From Eledone cirrhosa (lineage: Eukaryota): 64,000 nt of DNA. The notes below the pieces were generated by a model. The model had not been told where the DNA came from. It worked only from the letters and a program-made list of their open reading frames with translations, and did no database searches. A program made the position numbers and the translations under genes. The stretch covers positions 97,340,001 through 97,404,000 of the forward strand of contig OZ024742.1 in the NCBI GenBank assembly GCA_964016885.1, given 5' to 3'. Below are positions 12,000-25,842 of the stretch, piece by piece (within the stretch, counting starts at the first letter, position 1; each line of letters opens with the position of its first letter).

Positions 12000-14004
12000 G
12001 GAAGACATGATATGAAGGTTAAAAAACACTTGTGGATAGTGCAGTTTTAAATCAACATATGAAAAGTAGTTTTAGATTGATGTGTGATATTGGACCAGAG
12101 CTGATACCTCTAAAAACTTCGACATCACAATGAGAGCACCGATTCATCCCAATTGACAGATTTAAATGGTATCTTTATTTTGAACTCTTTGAGTCGGAAA
12201 ATTCCTCAACTTCGCGGTGGAATTTATCGTGACGATGGACTCTTTACTATCTTAAATTGCAACATAGTTAACCTTAATATTATTAAGAACAATATACGTA
12301 ATCTCTTTAACCAACATAACTTAAAAATTGAATTTGATAACAGCATCAAACTAGCTAATTTCTTGGATGTATCTCTTAATCTTGACACTGGCCTATATTA
12401 CCTTACCATAAAAACAATGAGAACCTAAATTATGTTAATTTTAAATCTAACCACCCCACTAATATTAAGAATGCTATAGTTAATAATATTGGAAAAAGAA
12501 TATCTAACCTATCTTCTAATAAAAACATCATTGATGCTAACGCCAATTACTATAATAACGCACTTTCTAAAGCCGGCTATCCTGATAAAATCAAATATAG
12601 TAAAGAAACAAATTCTAGAAGATCTTACAGTAGAATAATTAATCATGATCATTCCAATAACTTTAATAAAAGACCTAGATACAAAAACATAATCTGGTAT
12701 AATGCTCCTTTCTCCATCTCTATTAATAATAATATTCCTAAATTATTCTTTAGTGCCTTAAATAAATGCTTCCCTCCCTCACATATCTATAGTAAAATAT
12801 TTAACAAACACACTATACAATTTTCCTATTCGACCTCCTCCAACATTTCCAACATTATCTCTAAACACAACAATAAAATACTAAATACTAAATCTCTTCC
12901 TTCCAACACTGAATATCATAATAATAGTAATAGTACTCCCGACGTCATTGTAAACTCTAGGCTAATTTCTGCAAACCCAAATACAACGTGAAACACAACT
13001 TCGCTAAATGTTCTTAATCCCATTCTAAATCAAGAAACTATTATTCCTATCGCAAATAACTTCTCTAATCCAATTCCTTCTATAGATAACACTAGGTCAC
13101 TCGTTAATAATCTCTCTAATCGCAATTGCAATTGCCCTGTTAAAAATAAATGTCCTCTCAACAACCATTGTCTTGAAAAAAACTTAATCTACGAATGTAA
13201 AGTTATAACTGACACCAATTCCTTCACCTATTTTGGCTCCACTTTAAAGCTCGTCTTTATAATCATCATTCGTCTTTTAAATACCAACTTAAAAGAACCA
13301 ACACGGCACTCTCAGAACTCATATGGTCCTTGAAAGACAAAAATATTAAATATAACATCTCTTGGAAAAAGGTTTCTTCTGCTTCTTCGTACTTGAACAG
13401 TTCTCTATCCAAGACTTGCAATCTCTGTTTAAAGGAAAAATTTACCATTATATCTAATTTAGATTCTATAATAAATAGACGTACTGACTTGTTTTCTCTC
13501 TGCTTGCATAAATTCCACAGAACATTCCATAAAGTATACAGCTAATATCTAATACTTTATCAATTTAAAATCCTTTTTTCAAAGGCACATATATATATAT
13601 ATACTTCTTTAAAAATATACCCATCTTTCTACCTTATTTCAAAGTTATTTATTATACATTATATAATACTAGTTACTCATTCTATATCACTCCTATTTGT
13701 CACTTCCCTTTCTTCCTTTTCCTTTTCTTTTCTTTATCTTTTAATTTCTAACCCCTAATCTGTACCTTTTCTCATTGTGCCTAACATAGAAACAATTATT
13801 ACACAGTACAATATATTCTTACTTTATATCACCTTGAAAAAATCCTTCGTAAACATAAACATTTTTTTGACGTTAGATTATTCATCCTCAATTCATTATT
13901 TTTTCTCCCTTTCATGCTCATCTAAATTATTCATGCTCATCTAACTTTTTCATCCTATCTTCTACTTCTTTCACAATATATCCTTACTTACATTACTATT
14001 GCTA

Positions 14005-14185
14005 TTTTTAATAATACATATCAACATTTTCTTTCCATCGCACATATTATTAAACCCTTAAATATTATTCTTAATACATATTAACATTTTCTTTCCATCG
14101 CACATATTATTAAACCCTTAAATATTATTCTTAATACATATTAACAATTTCTTTTCATCGCACATATTATTAAACCCTTCAATAT
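14005..14185. repeat. 60-bp tandem repeat x3 in the PLE 3' UTR
   Basis: CACATATTATTAAACCCTT recurs at 14041, 14101 and 14161. Confidence 0.9.
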
Positions 14186-14544
14186 ACAAACCTTAACTTT
14201 ACATTATTTTTCTCTTCGTTAATTTTCAAATTCTTTTAATTTATATATTATCTTCCAACGGTTTTTCAACCTCTCTATGTAAAACAATATATTTTCTCAG
14301 TTATAAAAGCTATCTCTCTCTCTCTATCACCCATCTCTCCTCCTATCTCATCATTCCTCATTATACTCCTCCCCCTCCACTCTTTACTCTCATCTCCTCC
14401 TCTTTTTCATCCTTTCCAACCTCCCCCCCCCTCAAAATTTTTTTTCCCAATATCACACATCAATCAATCTACAACTACTTTTCATATGTTGATTTAAAAC
14501 TGCACTATCCACAAGTGTTTTTTAACCTTCATATCATGTCTTCC

Positions 14545-14615
14545 TATTTTATCTGATGAAAACACAAATGTTATTGCATGATGATATTTGTTTTTGAAAT
14601 GCGCATAATAAAATA
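14545..14615 (+). ncRNA. Type I hammerhead ribozyme, intact core
   Basis: Stem I TATTTTAT/ATAAAATA, CTGATGA at 14553-14559, long stem II, GAAA at 14596-14599, palindromic stem III A-TGCGCA-T, predicted AUA cleavage triplet. Confidence 0.88.
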
Positions 14616-14643
14616 CATGGAACTCTTTTAACCATCTTTTGAT

Positions 14644-14783
<140 letters not shown>

Positions 14784-14905
14784 GATGTGTAAAATCCTGA
14801 CCATGGAGCCAAGAAGTTTTGGCTTGTGTGCATATATTTCTTTACATAAGTCTACCACTAACATCAAAATAGATGAATTAAAGCCAAAACTAACCTAGAA
14901 GAGAC

Positions 14906-15325
14906 ATCATCATCATCATCACCATTTTACGTCCGTTCACGGGTTATCCTGTTGTGGGCAGTGTCCAGTTGGCTGACTTTGTCTTGTTCATACAGGAACT
15001 GATTCTGGCTTGATTTCTACAGCTGATGCCCTTCCTAACACCAACCTCATTTACAGTGAGTGCTGGGTGCTTTTTTTCCATGGCGCCTCCATGTCCACTT
15101 TTACAGTGTGGGCTGGGTTTTTTTTTTTTGCCATGGCACCTCCAACACCACTTTGCAGTGGAATGATAGGGACCCCAGTCCTATCATCTCATTTCTACAG
15201 CTGAGTAAACTGGAGTAATGTGAAATAAAGTGTCTTGCTCAAGGAAACAACACATCACTCGGTCTGAGAATTGAACTCACAACTTTTCGATTGCAAGCCC
15301 TATGCTCTAACCACTAAGCCATGTT
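14906..15325 (-). mobile_element. tRNA-derived SINE with family-B RTE tail
   Basis: Head matches 2130-2280. The 3' part (14940-15000) matches the LINE 3' UTR at 25200-25260 rather than the family-A tail. Confidence 0.85.
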
Positions 15326-17559
15326 CCATACATAATACAAAATAATCAGTTTTAAAAGCACTCAACATTAACATATAAATTGTCAATTACAACAAAAATC
15401 AGTCAACAAAATAGTTTGTGTCTAGTCAACAATATCCAGAAATTAGAATTAGGGATTAAAGCCCCCAAAGCAAAAGTTGAAATTAAAGAAAAATTAGAAT
15501 TTGTAAAAAGAATGTAATAAAAAAACATTAACAAAAATTAGCCTATTATTCATGCATGGGTTTGACAAACTTCATCAAACCATGGCTCTCTTCATTTATT
15601 AGTTTCTGTTGTAAGTGCAGCAACCAGTAAACTGTACTGCATTTTCTGCAGTGCATTTAATACTTAATTATACTAACTACCAGACTAACAAACCCTATCA
15701 ACAAACAGCCATCATATCAGATGGCTGTCAACCATCTAACTCAAAACAAAAAATTTAAATCAATCAAAATCTATCAAGAAAAAGAGGAAAATTAAATTTT
15801 TACCAAAATCAAAATTAAATCTCTCATAACCTACCAAAGAAATATAACTTTAGAATTAAAAATCTGCCATAGTCACAGGTCGGCTCTCTGAGAAGAATTT
15901 TATTAGGTGGAACAATGCTCTTTTCAAACAATAGGGGGTTGAAATAAATTATTTTCGGTGGGGTCATCACTTATTCATAGACTGATTTACTGGTTTCTAA
16001 CAGTGTGTGATTGCAGGCATGTTTGGAATGTATTGTGTAAAAGGAACATTCTAAATGTTTAATTCAATCATTTTCATGCTATGCGTCTACAATCTGTATA
16101 AACAGAGCTAACAAAGAACACCTAATTAATAGATCCCTTATCAATAATACAAGCCAGCATGAAAGTTTCTGTTGTCACTCGACCTGCTAGTAATAGCAGC
16201 CATGTATCTTTCAAGTCACCATACCATATTGTCCTATTAAAATTGATATTTCTTTTCAGGGCCATGAAATACTTCAAGCCCTAATGACTAACAAATATTA
16301 TTCAAATCATAAGTGAGACAATTGAATACTTTTTCTGCATTTAGGGTGAATTTGCTGATATAGATGTCCTAGAATGCCTCAGAAGAGTCAACCCAACTCA
16401 CTGGCAAGAACTGCTATTGAAAGTAGGCTGATTCCATGCTACCTCTACTCTGGCCTTCATATCTTACTGGGTTTTTTTTTCTGCAGCTGTCATATTACAA
16501 TATTTCAAAAGAAGCTTTAACCACAACCTCACCAGCCTCGGAAGGCTTGTGAACACTATGGCCAAAGTCCCTTCTTTCATCCAGTTCAACCCAATAAAAA
16601 GAAGGGAAGAGACATTCATAGTGTAGTTAGTCTTTTGTACAATATATGTAAATTTAAAGTGTAAATGGACACAGGCATTAAGAAGTTTGCTTTGTAATCA
16701 CAAAATCCCCAGTTTGATTCAATTGTATGCCATTTTGGGCAAATGTCTTTACCAGGTCTCAAATTAACCCAAGACTTGTGACTGAATCTGGGTAAACTGT
16801 ATGGAAGCCAAATAGATTGTACCTGTAATTCTAAGGTTCTGTCTTTTTATATATTGTGTCACACCGATTCAACTTTGGAATTATGTTCAGGGCACATGTG
16901 TCTGTGGAATACTCAGCCACCTACAAGTTAATTCGTGAGATGGACATTCAGATGATCAAACAACTGAATGCTCAATGCTGTAACGATGTGTGAATAAAAG
17001 AGCTGGGACATACTTTGATCATATATCTAATGTCTCAAGGCAGACTTAATTCTTATCAACAACAAAAACAAGCACACTCTATATGTGTATTTATATTCCT
17101 AGTGTTGGTGATTTCCATGTTAAATGCAACCATTACTCTCTGTAAAATAGTTAGTGACAAGAAGAGCATCCAGATATAGAATACTTGCAAAACAATGGGA
17201 TGGGAGAGCATTTCACTTGTGTTAAAATATGATAACCTCCCTAATATTGGTGATTTGCTTGATAAATGCACCCAGTGTACTCTGAAAAGTAGTTGGGGAT
17301 AGAAAGAGCATTGAGCCATAGAAATCCTGCTAAACAAAGGACAGGGAGGACTCCCCAGCTGTGTCAAAGACATGACAACCTATCTAAAGATGGTGTCACA
17401 GAAACATGCACTTGATACAGTGCAAGTAGTTATGTAATGTAGATGCAGGCTTCTGGTCCGAGTGTGGGGTCAGTAGCTTCACTTGACTACCAACCTAGTC
17501 TGTTGATGACCCATCCAATCATTGCTACCAGGGAAAGCAGATGTTTAACTATGATGATG

Positions 17560-17840
17560 ATCATCATCATCATTTCATTTTACGTCCGCTTTTTCCCTGC
17601 TTGCAAGAGTGGGCGGGAACTGATTCTGGCTAGATTTCTACAGCTGGATGCCCTTCCTAACACCAACCTCATTTACAGTGAGTGCTGGGTGCTTTTTTGC
17701 CATGGCACCTCCACGACCACTTTACAGTGGAATGATATGGACCCCAGTCTCTATCATCTCATTTCTACAGCTGAGTAAACTGGAGCAATGTGAAATAAAG
17801 TGTCTTGCTCAAGGAAACCACACATCACCCGGTCTGAGAA
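17560..17840 (-). mobile_element. 5'-truncated tRNA-derived SINE
   Basis: Reverse-complement match to 2180-2509. Confidence 0.85.
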
Positions 17841-18964
17841 TGATAATAATGGTAATTATATTCACTACAGAAAAAACTCATCAATGGATTAGAGGGTAAA
17901 GAAAGGAACAAAACACCATAACATTTATTAATGAAATAAAATAAAGGAAAAATAACAGAGGGACAAATCTATGCACAGGGCAGAGACAGAGAGGGATACA
18001 TTCACATAATTTTGGAAGATAGAGTACGAGGTGGAAGAAGTAGAAACCATATGTAAGAATCTTTGTTAAGTTATGTTCCCAACACCAGTTTAGTAATAGT
18101 TTCTAATTTAGGTACAAGACAAACAATTTGAGGAAGAAGAGGGTAAGACAATTATACCAAACCCAGTATTTTACTTTATAGAGCTGGAAGGATGAAAGGC
18201 AAATTTGACTTTGGTATGATTTAAATGCAGAAAATAAAGGGCCAGAATAACTACCATAAGGTAATGTTGCTGATGCTCTAATTAATCAGCCAATCTACTG
18301 CTTAGTAATGAGAAGATAGTTAATATAATTATTCCAAACTCTTGATAATTTTCAAAATTATTTCAAACCATTTTATATAATCTTTCATTAGAAATATGGT
18401 AAAAAAGAGTTAAAATGTTTATATTTAACAAGACACCTTCCAACAAAATTGCATACCTTTCGGTTATATTCCAAACATCAGCTTACTAATGAGAAAGTTT
18501 GTTATTCCTTCCAAATACTTAAATATTTTCCAAATTAATTGACACATATATGCAATGGTTTTTTATTAGAAATGTGGCAACAAAAGGGTTAAATCCAATT
18601 GATAATGAAGTACCAGATGCATCATCATCACATTCAAGATGTATGGTTATTACGAGAACACTTTTGATCATAAGTCTGGCAGATTGGAATTGACCTGGGG
18701 CTAAACAACATGCAACTATATTTTTGCACATTTCTTTTCCATCAGACTGCTTTCTAAAGCATTAGAAACCATATTTTATCCAATTTATTGCAGACTAAAT
18801 TTAGATATTGTTGTTGTTATTTATAAATCCATAAATCTCACACTTGTTCCTGGAATGGAGAAAATATAATATATTAAGAACAAACAGATAGAAAAGCAAT
18901 TAAAAATAAAACACTTTCTCTACATCTTTCCCTTTTGCTGCTACTCTCTTCTCTCTCTCACACA

Positions 18965-18998
<34 letters not shown>

Positions 18999-19073
18999 GT
19001 GTGTGTTGCTCTACTTCACTTTCTTTACATCTTTCGCTTTTTCTACTAGTCACTATCTTTATCTGACTCACTC

Positions 19074-19174
<101 letters not shown>

Positions 19175-21799
19175 TATTATTCTATATATCTTTTTCTTAC
19201 TCTCTGTATCTCTCTATTCCTCTTGTTCACTCACTATATCTTTCTCCTGAGTCCCTCTTTCTACATCTCTCTCACTTAGTCTCTATTGTTTTCATTTGCT
19301 TAAAACCAACTTCCCAAGAATGATTAATCCTTTTCCACTAATTCTAAAGAATTTCTATAAATAAAAATGGAAAATTAGGAACCAATCTTAGATTTCTAAG
19401 GGCCATTCTCCGTGACTTTGACACTTTTATAGAATTTCTCAAAAAAAAAAACATCTTTTTTTTTTTGGAATGCCGAAAAATTAATAAATGTTGCTTCCTT
19501 ATTTCTTTATTTGTATATTTGTTTGTCTGTTTTGTTTGTATGTTTGTCTGCCTGTGTGTCTGTTTTAGTTCTTGTATATGTTCATATATTGATTGTATTG
19601 AACTGGGTTAATGGACTCTTCAAAATACAGTTAAATTTAGATCGAATTCACTTTATAAACTCCTCAGTTCTCTTCACCTCAAACCCACCCTACAGATATA
19701 CCCACTTTCTCTCTCTCTCATTCTTCATTTTGTTCATATTTTCTTCTCATTTGCTCTCTGTCTCTCTCTACTTTTTGCTACAGGTTTCTTTTCCCTCTTT
19801 AACTACCTGTCTCTTTCTCTATCCTTTGTTCATATATTCTCTTTCTTGCTCTCTGTCTTATGATATCTCTCTTTTCTCTTTCTTTACATGTTTCTTTTCT
19901 TTCTTTCTTTAACTATCTATCTCTCTTTCCTTATATTTTCCATCTTTCTGTCCTCACAAGGTCTTTCTTTATTCCTCTGTCCTTGTTTAACATTATAGAC
20001 TTTTGGTTTTCTTTCTTTAATTGTCTGTCTCTTTCTCTGCTTCTTTCATCATATTTTTCTCTTTCATCTCTCTCTACTTCTCTATCCTTATTTAACACCA
20101 AACTTTATATTTTTAACTGTCTAACTCTTTCTCTTTCCATCTTTCTTTTTATTACCATATTTTCTCTTACTCTTGCCCCCCCCCCCCCCCCCACCCCCCA
20201 CCCCCACCCCCCATTCTCTCTCTGTCATCTTCTCTGTCCCTGTTGGATATGACAGGTAGTTTTCTCTCTTTATTTAATTCTCTCTCTCCTGCATGCTTCC
20301 ACACTCTACAGGTTGTTTTATCTTTTGGGTCACTACATATTTCCCCCTTTCTAAAATCTTCTAATTATTTCTCTGTGTGTTTCTCATATTCTGGGCAATA
20401 GCAACTCATGTAGGGCTGGTAGGCTTTCAGGTAATTCAGGCTTCCTCTGGAACTTCACTTTTCACCCCAATATAATTCTTAAAAAATGATATAATCCTAG
20501 ATCATCAGCCTTATGAATAAGATGGCTCTCCTCATACTCCCTATCTGAAAGACCACAGGTATTTTTCTCTCTCTCTAGCACACTTCCTATCACTCTTTCA
20601 CCTTTGATCACTCTCCTAGTCAGTGTAACTTTGTCTCTCTCTCTCCTTTTTCTCTATTGAGTTTATCTATTTATATTTGGTCTTCCCATGTCTTTCAACC
20701 GTTACTTTTCTTTCTTATATCATCATCTTCATTGCACTCCTCGCAACTCAGGAGGGGTATGGAACGCCTTCTTCATACATTCCATTTTGGGCATGATTTA
20801 TATAACTGGATGCCCTTCCTAATGCCAACAACTTTACAGTGTGTATTTGGTACATTTTATTGTGGCACCAATACTAGTGAAGTTGTTTAGTCCACTGCAA
20901 GGTTAAGAGTGACTTTTAACTTTATGCAGTAATCAGTATATCACTACAATTTAAATTTAGCTCCCCAGTGCTTGTAATGAGGGATAGCGGTTATAACCAT
21001 GCATGCACACACGCAATGTGAAATGAATTATCTTGTTCAAGAACACAAAATACTGTCTTTCAAGATGAAACGTAGAGGACTGGGGAAATTGTTAGGATAC
21101 TTGGGACATCTAATGTGGCTCAGTATACCCTGATATTGCTAAGAGCAAAGACTGGCAATAGCATCAGCAGTGGAAAGCTTAATGGAAACTAGTTTCCATA
21201 CTCTAATCTGATAATCGGCTTCTTTTCTTTTTTATGTTATCATTTTTCTTGCTATTAATACAGAATTTTTTACATATATTTTAAATATATTTTTTAATAA
21301 ATTATAGCATAAATCCATTGAAGTTTCTATAAAAGAATAATTTTCCTTATCTTTTTTGTTATACTTTGATATGAGGTTCATGCTACCATTTTCAGCTTAA
21401 TTGAGTAAAAAATTCAACAATGGCATTTCATGGGGTTTATTATATTTATTGGATTTTAAAATAATTTAACCCCCTACTTATTGCTGTTGAGGGATTTCTA
21501 TAGCTATAGTAATAGCAATGTCCCTTTATTGTAAATTTTACCTTAACTTATTAACAGCTCCTCATTATGGGAAAGTGGAATACTAATGATGGTGGACAGT
21601 ATAACATAGATTAGGAAAATCACTTCATGTAGTTATGTGACAGTATAATAATAATACACTATACAAGTGTTATAACTGTACTAACAAACAGGCTTAAAAA
21701 TCCTTTAACTTATCATGATAAATAGGATGAATATTTATATATGAGCAAACTTAAAACTAATTTCAAACACATTTATGAAAGGCAGAAACCAAAACATAG

Positions 21800-22330
21800 A
21801 AGTGAAAATATTTAAAATTACATATAGTGTACAAACAGCATGTCAGTGCGATATTCGATCAGTAAATCACTAAATTTATCTCGTAATAAATTACTGTAAG
21901 GGAGCATGCTTACAAAGGTTAAGTTACATTGAGCAACTGCAAACATCTAATGAAGAATGTTATAACTCTGGTCTTGCATGAGAAGTTAGTTGATGAGTTA
22001 GAGAAGTAAAAAAATATATATTATTAATTGATGAATCCACTGATGCAAGCATTACAAAACTAATATACATGTATGCGAGGTATGTTTCCTATGAGCAATA
22101 GAAAATGCAAACACACTTTTCACGAAGAATTCTTGTTGTAACAACAACTGCCAAAATCTTTTAAAAAGGCAGTTGAACAATTCTAAAGTTGAACAATATT
22201 GATATAAATAATTGCTGTGGACTTGGGACATATGACACCAATAATGTCGGTTGGTAACAAACATATAGTTGTAAAATGTATTTATCACAAGATGTTTTAG
22301 TTTCGATGATTACAAGAAAATGTATTCAGA
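21800..22330 (+). mobile_element. Degenerate hAT-superfamily transposase fragment
   Basis: VKLH...KNVI...E.L.DEL...LLIDESTDASITKL...RY; the D(E)STD motif carries the first catalytic Asp of hAT transposases. Many stops and frameshifts; boundaries approximate. Confidence 0.65.
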
Positions 22331-22459
22331 AATGAATTATGAAAATAGATGCTAACAAAAATTTGTCAACCCAGCATGACATATAGGATGGTCAGTAAGA
22401 AATATACAGAGATAACTCCACAGCAATGTGAGAATTTCAAGGTGAATTTTATGTTAATG

Positions 22460-23490
22460 TCTTCTTCTTCACTCACTTATTCTTGAGATCGTCATGGGGT
22501 CCAAGTCCTCAAACAGTCCTTCCAATAGGTCCAGTCAGAAGCAACCATCTGCAGCTGATGTGGCTGGATCCCAATCATGACCAGCCAAGCTCATCGATGT
22601 TATCCAAGCATCTTGCTCAGGCTCTACTCGTGAGTCTCCTGCCAATTGATTTTGCCTGTAAAATATGTCCAGCAATTCTTTCCTGAGACACTCTAATCAG
22701 ATGCCCATTGTATAGGAGCTGTGATCTCTCAAGTTGGAGAAGTAGTGGCTCTACTTTGAGTGACTCACTAATTTTCAAGCTACACACCCTATCGAGTAAC
22801 ATTTTGGAACCCCATTTTGGCCGCTTGTATTCGTGATTGTATTCTTTTGGTCATTACCCAAGATTCATAACTATAGGTAAGAATTGACATGAATACCAAA
22901 TTGAAGATAGAAAATTTGGCTTTTATACCTACCTCGCTTCTTCAGATTACCAAATGCTGAAGCTGGCACACTACTGCACCAGCTTCTGCAATTCTTGCAG
23001 TTAATGCAGCCTCCTGCTTTCTATCAGTCATGAACACAGCACCGAGATACTTGAACTTCTCTACCTGCTTCAGTGGAACTCTATTCACATGTAGAGTGCA
23101 CTGCACAGGCCTCCTTGAGAGGAGGAGTATCTCACTTTTCACAGCACAGATTTTCATACTAGCCATGCAGGACTCGGCATCAAATCTATCAAGTGCAACT
23201 CAGAGATCACCTTCTGTCAAGTTAAGTCCCACTATGTCATCTGAAAATTCCAGCTAACTGATTTTTAGACCTTCCAGTCATCATACTACTTCCAACACAG
23301 CTGAGCATGTCAATCCTCTTCATGAAAATAATGAACAGGAGAAGTGACGGTACACACCCTTGTAAAATCTGACTCCAGCATTGAATGATTTCGATTTAGC
23401 TCCATTTATCTGAACACATATACTTAGACATTTGTGTAGAGACATCAGGGCAACAAGAAGCTGACCATCGATCCAATACTTCTGCAAGAA
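22460..23490 (-). mobile_element. Degenerate RTE-like LINE (family C): RT motifs and C-terminus
   Basis: FSDDIV (FADD-like motif), LKQVEKFKYLG, ARIAEA, LERSQL..GHLIR. (GAA)n tail. Confidence 0.8.
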
Positions 23491-23843
23491 AGTTATGCTT
23501 TGATTAATTAATAGTTTGCGTAAGAGAAACACATTTAAAAAGTAAGAATTATATTCTAAAGATATATCTTTAGGGTATAATTACAAAAATATTCAGCATA
23601 TATGTACAAATGATGTACAGGTTGAAATGTATAAGTAAACTTTCAGAAATTAATTACAAGGACAAACGTTTAGTAAGATTGCAGGAACTTGTGAGTAGAA
23701 AGCAAACTCCCTATTGCAGCAACATGATTGAAATTGGAAATATATTGAGTCTATGTGAGTGCAAATTTTAATGAGTTATAGATGTATACATATATATTAT
23801 GGAATACTGTTAGCTTCACGCTACAACAATTTCTATACTTTTC

Positions 23844-23885
<42 letters not shown>

Positions 23886-24574
23886 ACACATGGAATATTA
23901 TAATAGATTTCTAGTCTGTAATTATAGCTTTTCAATTTTCAATTTCTAAACTTACTAAACACTTTAAAGACCATGAAATGAAATGTGTGTTTTCTCTCAT
24001 CGTAAGTGTTATAATTCTTATTTAATGTCTGCTTACTTTATATGGGCTTTGTATTGCTTATTAGTCTTGTTGACAGTTTATTCTGGAAAAAGTAAACATT
24101 CATAAAAGGTAAAATACCCAAGTCACTGCCACCTTTTTCTATGAAAAATAAAACTTATTGGCTGTTCATATGTATAAAATACTTATCTAGTTACTGATTA
24201 ACTAGGTAAGGATTTTACATGAAGCACCGTTGGTTATATTTATATGTATATATATCATCATAACATGCAGATAATGATGATATGTGTGTTTATTTGATTA
24301 CTCTTTCTTTTACTAATTTCAGTCATTAGATTACATCATGCTGGGGCACCACCCACATTTTGTTGATCATATCAACACAGCTACTTAGATTTTACAGTCT
24401 GATATTACTCCTATCAATATATCTTTGTTGAACAAGAAACATAAGCACATGCTAGGCCCCCCTCCCCATATATATATATAGATAGATAGCTATAAATAGA
24501 TAGTTAGAGAGATAGATAGATTAGAATATGTGTTTAAAATACTGTAGTATTTACAACATTCAAACATTAACTGA

Positions 24575-25318
24575 CTGTATGATGCGTGTATACGAACAGC
24601 ATGTTTACATGGTAGTGAGACCTAGGCGCTGACTGTGGAAGACTTGCGTAGATTAGAAAGAAATGAAGCCTGCATGCTCCGATGGATGTGTAATAGTAAT
24701 ATACACGAACGGCAATGCATAAAGGAATTGAGAGAGAGACTGAGCATAAGAGGAATCAAATGCTGTGTGCAGGAGAGGCGGTTGCATTGGTATGGACATG
24801 TGATGCATATGAAGGATGACAGCTGCATAAAAAGGTGCAGAGCACTAGAAGTCGATGGAAACCACGGAGTGGGGAGACCCAAGAAGACCTGGGATGAGGT
24901 GATAAAAGCCGACCTTATCCAATTACACCTCTCAAAGGCATGACCATAACCTCTGGCGTCACGCAGTAATACAGAAGACCCGACCCCTCACGGGTACAAG
25001 CCGAAGCTGAAGCATATAGACAATATGCCCCCACACCCTCCCACTGCAAAGTGGTCCTGGAGGTGCCACGGCAAAATAGCACCCAGCCCACACTGTAAAG
25101 TGGACGTGTAGGTGCCATGGAAAAAAGCACCCAGCACTCACTGTAAATGAGGTAGGTGTTAGGAAGGGCATCCAGCTGTAGAAATCAAGCCAGAATCAGT
25201 TCCTGTATGAGCAAGACAAGGTCAGCCGACTGGACACTGCCCACAACAGGACAACCCGTCTAACCCATGATAGCGTGGAAGAACGGACGTAAGACGGTGA
25301 TGATGATGATGATGATGA
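24575..25318 (+). mobile_element. 5'-truncated RTE LINE (family B subfamily) with 3' UTR
   Basis: LRRLERNEACMLRWMCN...RRLHWYGHV...GVGRPKKTW. The UTR carries the SINE-shared tandem units and a (GAT)n tail. Confidence 0.9.
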
Positions 25319-25340
25319 TATATATGTATATATATATATA

Positions 25341-25708
25341 TATATTAATAAGAGGAATTCCAACTTTGTCTGATTTACTCATTTTATTTACAATCCTTTA
25401 AAATTTATAATGGTATTATAATGAAATAGTATGATAGAATATTAAATTCTAAGTGTTAATTGAACAAGTACTTTAATGCTTTCGCAATCTTCAGGTTCAT
25501 AATATGTGGTGACAGTCAAGTTTGCAAACTTGACTGTCACCTCATATTATGAACCTGACGATTGCGAAAGCATTAAAGTACTTGTTCAATTAACACTTAG
25601 AATTTAATATTCTATCATACTATTTCATTATAATACCATTATAAATTTTAAAGGATTGTAAATAAAATGAGTAAATCAGACAAAGTTGGAATTCCTCTTA
25701 TTAATATA
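25341..25708. repeat. 368-bp spacerless palindrome containing hammerhead-like motifs (PLE pLTR fold-back)
   Basis: Arms are reverse complements about the centre TTTG|CAAA (25524/25525), with only two mismatches seen. Motif TGAAC-CTGACGA-T-TGC-GAAA-GCA-T-TAAA-GTAC-TT-GTTCA at 25550-25588. Confidence 0.9.
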
Positions 25709-25746
25709 ATCTTCTATACACAATCATACACACCCGTGTATATTTA

Positions 25747-25790
<44 letters not shown>

Positions 25791-25842
25791 TAAACGGAAT
25801 AGAAAATGCTGACAAATTGTTCACAGTTGAAAAATGGTTTAA

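Noticed and set aside
16250-16430. Possible short plus-strand exons (GHEILQAL.., GEFADIDVLECLRR..)
   Set aside because: Splice-like sites only. The implied intron is about 32 nt and the peptide is not recognisable.
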